Of a stretch of 64,000 nt of DNA, positions 56,886 to 64,000 are shown piece by piece. How positions within the stretch are numbered: the first letter of the stretch is position 1; every line of letters starts with the position of its first letter. Location: the IMG/VR virus record IMGVR_UViG_3300020125_000260; one strand, 5' to 3'. Origin of the DNA: an uncultured virus (IMG/VR IMGVR_UViG_3300020125_000260) (lineage: Duplodnaviria; Heunggongvirae; Uroviricota; Caudoviricetes). The notes beneath the pieces are model-generated. The model did no database searches and was not told the origin of the DNA. It was given only the letters and a program-made list of their open reading frames with translations. A program made the position numbers and the translations under genes.

Positions 56886-58163
56886 TTGCAGCGAGTCACC
56901 ATCTCGGCGGCGAAGGGGAACGTCCAAGTCAACACGGGTGGCCAGATTTCAACCACTCTCGTGGAAGGCTCATTCCCCGGTTGCACGGTATCCGTGTTTA
57001 TTACTGGAACTACGAACCTCGTCCCGGCGATCTACGGTGATAATCTCAATCCCCCGACGCCGAAGGCTAATCCGTTTACATCTGATCTGCAAACTGGATT
57101 TGCATTCTTCTATGCCCCCAACGGTACGCGATGCGACATCCAACTATCTGGCACTGGGATTACTACACCGTTCATTGTTGCAGCTGATGTTTTGGTGGAT
57201 GATCCCTCACTCCTCGCGGTGCTGGCCCCGCAGACCGTGGCCTTCAACGCGACTCCCACCTTTGATCTATCGCAGGCGAGCTGGTTCAAGATGACCCTCA
57301 CTGGGAACGTGACTGGGCCGGTGTTCTTGAACCCCGTCGCTGGATCGATCCTCATCTTGTCGCTGGCGCAGAACGCCGCCGGCGGCTGGACGTTCGCGTT
57401 CCCCGCAGCGTTCATTGACCCTCCAGCGATTGCTGCTGGAGTGAACGCCCGCACGGAGTTGATATTCAAGTACGACGGTGTGAACTGGACGGCGGTCGCG
57501 GCGACTGGCGATAACCTCCAGGTTCCGGGTAGTGGGGCCATCATCGGAGCCTTGACCGTCGGCGGAGCCCTCGTCGTCACTGGGGCGATCACCGCCGGGA
57601 GCTTCACCAACAACCTCTCCGCGTTCGCAGCCACTACCTCGGCACAACTCGCGGGAATCCTGACCGACGAGCAGGGCTCTGGGAGAGCGGTATTCGATAC
57701 GTCGCCGACGCTGACGACTCCAAGTCTTATAGCCCCAGTCGTCCAAGGAATCATTACCACTTACAACGCCTTTACCCTTGTAGGAAATGGCATTCCCGTG
57801 CTTGCACAGACGATCGATCTCACTGGGCAGACCGCCAACATTGGCTCGACGCAGCTAATATCACTGGGGCCAGGCGGCGCGGGCATGTACCGAGTCAGCG
57901 TCTATGCCATCGTGACCTCGGTGGGAACGACCTCCACCCTCCCGGCAGTGAATGTCATCTTCACCGACAGGAACAACAGCGTGTCGCAGACGATTGCCAT
58001 CACTGCCACCAACACCGGAAACACGACAACCACACTGGCGCAGGGACAGGCGTTCATCTCCGCCAAGGCCAGCACGGTCATCAGCTACTCCACGACGGGA
58101 TACGCATCCACTGGCGCGGCGATGCAGTACGCGCTGCACATCAAACTGGAGCCGATGCTGTGA
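56886..58163 (+). CDS. Tail fibre/virion appendage protein
   Basis: ANPFTSD..GFAFFY anchor, FKMTLTGNVT..LAQNAAGGWT domain, LTDEQGSGRAVF repeat; TTG start with GGAGG. Confidence 0.65.
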   Translation: MQRVTISAAKGNVQVNTGGQISTTLVEGSFPGCTVSVFITGTTNLVPAIYGDNLNPPTPKANPFTSDLQTGFAFFYAPNGTRCDIQLSGTGITTPFIVAADVLVDDPSLLAVLAPQTVAFNATPTFDLSQASWFKMTLTGNVTGPVFLNPVAGSILILSLAQNAAGGWTFAFPAAFIDPPAIAAGVNARTELIFKYDGVNWTAVAATGDNLQVPGSGAIIGALTVGGALVVTGAITAGSFTNNLSAFAATTSAQLAGILTDEQGSGRAVFDTSPTLTTPSLIAPVVQGIITTYNAFTLVGNGIPVLAQTIDLTGQTANIGSTQLISLGPGGAGMYRVSVYAIVTSVGTTSTLPAVNVIFTDRNNSVSQTIAITATNTGNTTTTLAQGQAFISAKASTVISYSTTGYASTGAAMQYALHIKLEPML

Positions 58164-58167
58164 TGCG

Positions 58168-58335
58168 CTACTGGATGCAGAACATGTTGTTGGGCATTGA
58201 CGGGCACGGAGTCGGAGTCGGCGTGGGAGTAGGAGTTGCTCGGGGTGGCGGGTCGTCCTGTGGCAACACACGCTGGGCGAGGACGACAAACGCGCTGGAC
58301 AGCAGCAGGATAACAAGCAAGATGAGTTTTCTCAT
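58168..58335 (-). CDS. Secreted peptide with PT repeats (antisense insert)
   Basis: Signal peptide MRKLILLVILLLSSAFVVLA; TPTPTPTPTP; two Cys; TATAAT just upstream. Confidence 0.5.
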   Translation of the reverse strand: MRKLILLVILLLSSAFVVLAQRVLPQDDPPPRATPTPTPTPTPCPSMPNNMFCIQ

Positions 58336-58373
58336 GAGGCTAGTAATTATATAACACAATCTGGAGGTGGCTT

Positions 58374-58544
58374 ATGCCAATCAGCATGTTGTTCTGGTTT
58401 CTCTTCATCCTGTGGGTTCTCTTCGGAGGCTGGGTATATCAACCCACCGCTGGAAACTGGCGGCCATTCGGCGGCCATCTCCTGCTGTGCCTGCTGATCT
58501 TCCTCCTTGGTTGGCATGTGTTTGGCTTCGTCATCAAGGGGTGA
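58374..58544 (+). CDS. 56-aa two-TM membrane protein, holin-like (not in ORF track)
   Basis: GGAGGTG RBS; MPISMLFWFLFILWVLFGGW...LLLCLLIFLLGWHVFG. Confidence 0.6.
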   Translation: MPISMLFWFLFILWVLFGGWVYQPTAGNWRPFGGHLLLCLLIFLLGWHVFGFVIKG

Positions 58545-58562
58545 GATAATGCAGCAACTCAC

Positions 58563-59456
58563 ATGTCCAAGTCGAACGTCAGCCCGAATGTCGAGAAGCT
58601 GCACAAGTGCCCACGCTGCAAGGGCAGCGGGTTCGTTCCGCACGGGCGCGAGAAGAAGGTAGTCATGAAACCAGAATTCCAGAAGATCATCGACGACGCG
58701 ACTGCTGCGTCCGCACTGGCTGACCAACAGGACCAGAAGATCGCCGACCTACAGGCGCAGCTGGCTGCCGCGCTCGGGCCAAAGCCTGTGGTCATATCCA
58801 ACATCCAGTCGGTAATGCCGGAGACGCTCTGGTATGAGGCGCGCGACGCCTCGGCGCCGAAGACCGGACCACATGGCACGGTGAGCATCGTTCCGGGCAG
58901 TCCTGCGACGGCGGATTTCCACCCAATCACACTGCTCAGTGGTCACTCCGATAACTGCTACAACCTGCGACGACTCTACCCGACGCTAACCGCCGACCAG
59001 AAGGCCGCCTTGGACACCGCCAAGAACTTCTCCATCTCCTGCGACTACCTGTTTGATCCTACGGCCTCGGTGCAGGCTGGGGAGTTGGACTATCAGATTC
59101 GCAAGTCCAATGGTGTGGTAATCAACGTCGGCCCACAGTTGTTACCTTCAGGTAGTGGCTGGCAGGTTCGCGGTTTCGACTTCATCAACAAGGTCTGGGT
59201 TCCACTCGGGGCCAAGGCTCCGGTGATCCCCGGCAAGCCGACGCACCTGGAGGTCTATGCTACCTGTGACGATAAGATCGTGCAGTTCGCCAAGGTAGTG
59301 GTCGATGGTGTGACGACTCCGGTGACGTTCAGTCATCCGGTGAGCCAAGGCCCAACTGGACAGCCGTACTGCAACGCCGCGTACCAGCTCGATGCAACCG
59401 GCGATGCGAAACCTTACAAGGCCCAGATCAACAACCTAACGGTGACCTTTTCATAG
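58563..59456 (+). CDS. Coiled coil + concanavalin/lectin-like beta-sandwich protein
   Basis: Short coiled coil, then QAGELDYQ..NVGPQ..NAAYQLD; start may be 58665. Confidence 0.5.
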   Translation: MSKSNVSPNVEKLHKCPRCKGSGFVPHGREKKVVMKPEFQKIIDDATAASALADQQDQKIADLQAQLAAALGPKPVVISNIQSVMPETLWYEARDASAPKTGPHGTVSIVPGSPATADFHPITLLSGHSDNCYNLRRLYPTLTADQKAALDTAKNFSISCDYLFDPTASVQAGELDYQIRKSNGVVINVGPQLLPSGSGWQVRGFDFINKVWVPLGAKAPVIPGKPTHLEVYATCDDKIVQFAKVVVDGVTTPVTFSHPVSQGPTGQPYCNAAYQLDATGDAKPYKAQINNLTVTFS

Positions 59457-59475
59457 CATTGGCGAGGTGTAATTA

Positions 59476-59796
59476 ATGAACTCCCCCGGCCAAGTTTCAT
59501 TACGTGAGTATTTGGAACAGCGTATGGACGCCATGGACAAGGAACACAAACTCCAGGCAGAAGAATTGGCACGGCGGCTGGATGAGTTGAATCATGCCCA
59601 CGCTAAGCAGGTGCAGGATCGCGGAGAGTTTCTGACCCGTGCTGTGTTTGACCAATCACAGAAAGAGGAACGCAGTTGGCGTGAACAGGTGAATAACACG
59701 CTGGCCGAGGCCAAGGGCAGAGCCACGATGCTAGCGGCCATCATGTCAACTGCCGTGGGGATCATAGTGCTCATAATCAGTAAGGTGTGGAAATAG
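59476..59796 (+). CDS. Coiled-coil protein with C-terminal TM (holin-like)
   Basis: Charged helix + MLAAIMSTAVGIIVLII. Confidence 0.55.
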   Translation: MNSPGQVSLREYLEQRMDAMDKEHKLQAEELARRLDELNHAHAKQVQDRGEFLTRAVFDQSQKEERSWREQVNNTLAEAKGRATMLAAIMSTAVGIIVLIISKVWK

Positions 59797-59799
59797 AGA

Positions 59800-60513
59800 A
59801 TGGCCTATGTACAGGTCAATCGCGCACAGTTCCGGGCTCTGGTTCGCAACCAGCTTGGCAGCGGGGGGCTGGCCACATCGTTCTGGCGCGACACCGAGTT
59901 GAACTTCATCATCCAGGAGTCCCTTCGCTTCTATAACCTCCTTGTCGGCTACTGGAAGACCCGCGCCACTATCGTCACTACCGCAGCAACCGTCTGGTAC
60001 TCCACCCCCAGCATCATCACCTCCGCGATGCGGGTCAGCTTCAACGGTTCCCCCCTGCGTGGGGAATCGCTCTACAACATGGATTTCGCACGCAGCGGGT
60101 GGGAGAGTGAAACCACCACCGACGGCGGCGATGTCCCCACGCGACCGCGCTATTTCGTCATCGGCGGACTCGCCAAGGTGGGCATCTGGCCAGCGGATGC
60201 GGTGGGAGGTAACTCCCTCGTGCTGGATGGTATCGCGGTGACGCCGCTGCTGACGAACGACGCTTCAATCATCGACGTGGGACAGGAGGACATGAACCAC
60301 CTGCTAGACCTCTGCCAGCATCTCGCGGCGTTCAAAGAAGGCGGGATGGAGTTCAAGAACTCGATGGCGGGATTTAAGTCCTTCCTCGAAGGCGCGGGGG
60401 AGCGCAATGCAATTTTAAAGCGGTGCGCGACCTACAAAAAGTGGTTGGGTCTCGATACTGGAAGGCAGAAGCGACCGCTGAAAGCCGAGGCTGATGCCGT
60501 GGGAGCACGCTGA
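59800..60513 (+). CDS. Head-tail adaptor/tail ring protein
   Basis: FWRDTELNFIIQES, VWYSTP, PRYFV, GIWP. Confidence 0.7.
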   Translation: MAYVQVNRAQFRALVRNQLGSGGLATSFWRDTELNFIIQESLRFYNLLVGYWKTRATIVTTAATVWYSTPSIITSAMRVSFNGSPLRGESLYNMDFARSGWESETTTDGGDVPTRPRYFVIGGLAKVGIWPADAVGGNSLVLDGIAVTPLLTNDASIIDVGQEDMNHLLDLCQHLAAFKEGGMEFKNSMAGFKSFLEGAGERNAILKRCATYKKWLGLDTGRQKRPLKAEADAVGAR

Positions 60514-61229
60514 TGGCATGGACTATATTAGATACGAAGCCATCGTGGAATGTTACTGATCTGGAGATATTGAAACGGATCACATATTATCTCTTGGAGA
60601 ACGGCGACGCCGACGCGACCGGAACCACGCTGATGACCACGCAGTTCGGCATTCAAGAGATGCTGGATAATAGCAACCTGATTCAGCGGCGGTTCCTCCG
60701 TGACTGCGCTCCAGTGACGCTGCGTGCGACGCAAGGCTCCACTCCGGGGCAGAACCGCTATGCTCTCCCGCCTGACTGGATACACACTCGCAGGATGACA
60801 TGGCAGGCGCAACCTGCTGGCTCCAAAGCCAAGACCCTGATCCCAACCGACAGCTATTCCCTCGACCGGGGCGCGTCCGACTGGGAGCAGAACACCGGCA
60901 CACCGCGATACTACAACGAAGGCTCCAACCTTCCCACGTTGGAGTTCGACCTCGCACCCACGCCATCGCAGGCTGGCACGATGGGACTTGGCTATGTCCC
61001 GCAGCCGCCGACGCTGACTGGTGCAGGAGTGTCGCTGATGGTTCCCGACGAGGCTGAGTCCGCGATCATCTATGGCACGATAGGAGAGTTGTTAAGTTCA
61101 GAAGGGGAAGGATTTGACGCTGACCGCGCGGAGTACTGCGAGCAACGCTATTCCCTCTGCGTCGAGATGGCCAATGCGCTGATACTCGGGTCGCCCGATC
61201 CACCGCAGCAGCCGGGAGGTCAGCAGTAA
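60513..61229 (+). CDS. Head-tail adaptor/tail ring protein (paralog)
   Basis: GQNRYALPPDWI, GTPRYY, DLAPTP, VPDEAESAIIYG. Confidence 0.7.
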   Translation: MAWTILDTKPSWNVTDLEILKRITYYLLENGDADATGTTLMTTQFGIQEMLDNSNLIQRRFLRDCAPVTLRATQGSTPGQNRYALPPDWIHTRRMTWQAQPAGSKAKTLIPTDSYSLDRGASDWEQNTGTPRYYNEGSNLPTLEFDLAPTPSQAGTMGLGYVPQPPTLTGAGVSLMVPDEAESAIIYGTIGELLSSEGEGFDADRAEYCEQRYSLCVEMANALILGSPDPPQQPGGQQ

Positions 61230-64000
61230 TGGGCGATATCTATGAACATGATAATAAGAAGTTCAGTGATGCTGGACTCCAGTTGCGTGTGCCTCCAGAT
61301 TTGGTTCCGTCGGGACAATTCTCAAAGCTGACCAATGCGATTCCAATTATTGAAGGTAGGTTAGAGGCCCGCGCTGCCCTTCGTTGGATCGTCAACGTCC
61401 CCAATGTGACCTCTCCCGGCAGTGGTCTGCACTCGTTGATGCGGCTGAATCAGTCCAACGTCGCTGGCCTCTCCGACCGCATCGCCGGAATCGACACTAC
61501 CGTCCAGACCTACACCCTACCCTCCGGTGCGACCCCCACCCAGCGCGATACCGTCCGCACGGGCGACCCGCTCTCCCTCGCCAGCTTCCACTACGCCAAC
61601 GATGTCTCCGCCTGGGCCATCATTGCCGACCGCAATGGGATGAAGAAATACAAGGGCGACCCTTCAGGCGGGGTGTATTTCAACCTTGGCGGCCTCGGAA
61701 CCAACCTCTTGAAGCTGCCCTGTGTGGCCACTGCTGGCGCAGCTGGCAACCTCAACAACGGCGCTGGCCCCGGCTACGACTGGGTGGCCACCTATGTCAA
61801 CACCCAGACCCTCACCGAGACCAATCCCACGCTGCCGAACTATACCGGCAGCATCAACACTGCGGCGACTACGGTGGTGACCTCCCCCGATCCCGGATTC
61901 GGCGGTGCGGCTGGCACGGGTCTCGGAGTCGATGGCCAGGCGGTACTAGTTGGCAACTCCGCAACCGAGTCTCGCCAGTCCGTGCTATTCACCACCATGG
62001 GAGCCCTCACCTCCCCATTCATCTACGCCCAGATGAACCTCAGTGTGAACTTCATCTCCACCGGCGGCAACCTCGGTGGCTGTGGCTACGGCGCGCTCTA
62101 CATGTCGCTCGACGGGGGCACCACATGGAAGCTGCTGATCGATTCATCAGTGAGCCTCGACCACGGCGGCGCGGGAGCCAGCAGCCAGCTATTCGTCAAC
62201 TTCCCTCCCAACCAGGACATGACCCGTGTCCAGTTCCGTGCCGTGGCCCTCGGGGTGGGAGACACCACCGTCCCGCAGAACGTCACCGCCCGGCGCATCC
62301 GCCAGCGCGGGGGCAACCTCAACCTATCGGGACTGCTAACCGGCGGTGGCGGCAACGCAACCATGACGCTGATCCTCGGCTCGTCCCTCGCGTCCACGGT
62401 AACCGCCGGGGCGACCGTCGTGACCCTCGCGCTGGTCAACCAGAAAGGCGTGGTCTGCGTCCCGGCACCGAGCGATCCACAATACGACGCGATTAACCTC
62501 TACCGCCGCGGTGGATCGGTCACCGCATCATGGGCCTTCGTCGGCCAGTTCACCGTGGCGTCGCTGGCCATCGGCGGCTGCGGCGTGGGAACGCTCCAGA
62601 TCACCGATAACGTAGCCGATGCCAACCTCGGAGGGTTCGTAAACTTCGGCAACGACGCGCCGGCGGCGAGCGTCTACGTGCTGAACCGCCCACTGCCCTA
62701 CGTATGGGGGCCAGCGTTCAATCCCTCGCGGCTGCTGGCCTGTGGGGACTGGGATCGTCCGGACGCGGTGTATTTCTCCAACCCGGGGAACGCCGACCAG
62801 TGGGGCGTAGGGCAGTGGGTGGACGTGTCATCTCCCACCGACCCGATGCAGAACGGCTGTGTGTTCAACACTCGTGTGTTCGCATTCTCCAAGGAGAAGA
62901 TGTATGAGCTGATCCCATCGCTGATCGGCGGCACGACTATCACGCCATTCCAGACGCCCTGCTCGCGGGGGCTGATATCGCCGTGGGGCCTGATCTCCAC
63001 CGCGAGGATGATCTACTTCGTAGCCAAGGATGGCATCTACTCTACCACCGGCGGGGAGGAGACCTCGCTCGTGGAGAACGACATCAAACCACTGTTCCCG
63101 ACGCTGGACAATCCCCTCGGCCGCTCGGTCGAGGGCTATGACCCGGTGAATATGGAGCGCATCGAAGACATCCGCTTGCGATTCCACAATGACGAACTCT
63201 GGTTCATCTATCGCGGCACGAACGAGGGCCAGCTCAACACGCTGGTGTACGACCAGAACAAGAAACGCTGGCGGGCAGCGAAGTATCCGGTGAATATCAC
63301 CACGGTCTACTCCGAGGAGGCCGGGCCAGCCAGCTCCCTCCTGCTGGGTGATTCCAGCGGTAGTCTCTACTCCACGCAGTCGGGCACCGGCGACGTGTTG
63401 CAAGCCTCCACGCAGGACATCGCTGTGACTATCCGCACCGGGGCCTATGATCAAGGGTTGCCTCTGAACCAGAAGGAATACGGTAACGTTCTATTCGATA
63501 TCGACCCTGGCGGAGCCACAATCGCCAAGCCCATCATAATCACTCCCTTGCTGAACGGCGAGGCAATCACCAGCGCGGCGATCACGGTCACCGGGACTGG
63601 ACGCCAGCAGGTTCCGCTCACGCTGGGTGACGTGTTCGGGTTCAATATCGAATATCAAATCACCTTCGTGTGTAACTCGACTATTAACCCCGTGCTATAC
63701 CAGTTCGACACCCTCTGGCGCACAGAACCAGCAGCGGTGACCCACTGGGAAGCGCGCGAGACCTCCCACGGTCAAATTGGCTGGCAGCATCTCCGCGACG
63801 CCAATATCGCCATCCGCAGCACCTCGGCGGTGGTGCTGACGCTGACCTTCGACAGCACGGTGACACAGACCTACACGCTGCCGTCCACCGTCGGAGCGCG
63901 GCAGAAGCTCTATGTCCCGTTCCATGCGAACAAGTTCAAGCTGGTGCGCTACTCTCTGGACTCCAGCGACCCCACGCAGCCGTTTCGCCTCTACTCCAGC
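61229..64000 (+). CDS. Tail nozzle/DNA-stabilisation protein (3' partial, absent from ORF track)
   Basis: ATG overlapping the upstream TAA; frame read open at start, middle and end; PDAVYFSNPGNADQW, GLISPW, YFVAKDGIY beta-propeller-like motifs. Confidence 0.7.
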   Translation, partial: MGDIYEHDNKKFSDAGLQLRVPPDLVPSGQFSKLTNAIPIIEGRLEARAALRWIVNVPNVTSPGSGLHSLMRLNQSNVAGLSDRIAGIDTTVQTYTLPSGATPTQRDTVRTGDPLSLASFHYANDVSAWAIIADRNGMKKYKGDPSGGVYFNLGGLGTNLLKLPCVATAGAAGNLNNGAGPGYDWVATYVNTQTLTETNPTLPNYTGSINTAATTVVTSPDPGFGGAAGTGLGVDGQAVLVGNSATESRQSVLFTTMGALTSPFIYAQMNLSVNFISTGGNLGGCGYGALYMSLDGGTTWKLLIDSSVSLDHGGAGASSQLFVNFPPNQDMTRVQFRAVALGVGDTTVPQNVTARRIRQRGGNLNLSGLLTGGGGNATMTLILGSSLASTVTAGATVVTLALVNQKGVVCVPAPSDPQYDAINLYRRGGSVTASWAFVGQFTVASLAIGGCGVGTLQITDNVADANLGGFVNFGNDAPAASVYVLNRPLPYVWGPAFNPSRLLACGDWDRPDAVYFSNPGNADQWGVGQWVDVSSPTDPMQNGCVFNTRVFAFSKEKMYELIPSLIGGTTITPFQTPCSRGLISPWGLISTARMIYFVAKDGIYSTTGGEETSLVENDIKPLFPTLDNPLGRSVEGYDPVNMERIEDIRLRFHNDELWFIYRGTNEGQLNTLVYDQNKKRWRAAKYPVNITTVYSEEAGPASSLLLGDSSGSLYSTQSGTGDVLQASTQDIAVTIRTGAYDQGLPLNQKEYGNVLFDIDPGGATIAKPIIITPLLNGEAITSAAITVTGTGRQQVPLTLGDVFGFNIEYQITFVCNSTINPVLYQFDTLWRTEPAAVTHWEARETSHGQIGWQHLRDANIAIRSTSAVVLTLTFDSTVTQTYTLPSTVGARQKLYVPFHANKFKLVRYSLDSSDPTQPFRLYSS

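Larger units (their letters stand above)
1..64000. mobile_element. Near-complete podovirus-like dsDNA phage genome (circularly permuted view)
   Basis: Terminase, portal, scaffold, capsid, adaptor and nozzle genes on +; replication genes on -; ejection-like genes at the window start continue the virion operon that runs off the window end; no host housekeeping genes; no tape measure or sheath gene seen. Confidence 0.93.

Noticed and set aside
61384..62496. 370-aa Arg/Pro-rich plus-strand ORF
   Set aside because: Off-frame shadow of the nozzle gene that starts at 61229
1..64000. CRISPR array, diversity-generating retroelement, integrase/att site, rRNA
   Set aside because: No regularly spaced repeats, reverse transcriptase, recombinase motifs or rRNA-like sequence recognised by eye
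1..64000. Genome-wide stop-codon reassignment
   Set aside because: Long genes are intact under the standard code and TAA, TAG and TGA all end genes at sensible coupled junctions

Overview
The window is almost a whole genome of a GC-rich, podovirus-like tailed dsDNA phage, read in circularly permuted order. The host cannot be identified from the sequence. 1-5.8 kb (+) holds the end of the virion operon: a GNAT protein, three ejection-protein-like genes and small membrane proteins. 5.8-39.9 kb (mostly -) is a long leftward arm. From right to left it carries early hypotheticals, a UvrD helicase, a + strand HUH-Rep-like gene, a PAPS-reductase-like protein, HNH, a PD-(D/E)XK exonuclease, a C5 DNA methyltransferase, a Sak4-like ATPase, an SSB-like protein, a ~400-nt structured non-coding segment, a Pif1 helicase, a UDG-fused family A DNA polymerase and a 9-kb glycosyltransferase/methyltransferase/B12-radical-SAM cluster. 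40-64 kb (+) covers packaging and morphogenesis: TerS candidate, a split TerL, portal, scaffold, capsid, RmlB-like dehydratase, three adaptor-like paralogs and a nozzle gene running off the end. The most notable observations are: (1) a PolA that keeps its catalytic aspartates but has replaced the R668/E710/Y766/N845/Q849 steric-gate and minor-groove network; (2) a large methylated-glycan building cluster with a sugar dehydratase placed among virion genes; (3) a multi-domain structured RNA candidate with a tRNA-Thr-like domain; (4) a terminase split into ATPase and nuclease genes around an antisense insert; (5) an apparently inactive rolling-circle Rep with a structured leader. All assignments come from motif recognition by eye; no searches were run. 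No integrase, primase, ring helicase, endolysin or CRISPR array was recognised.
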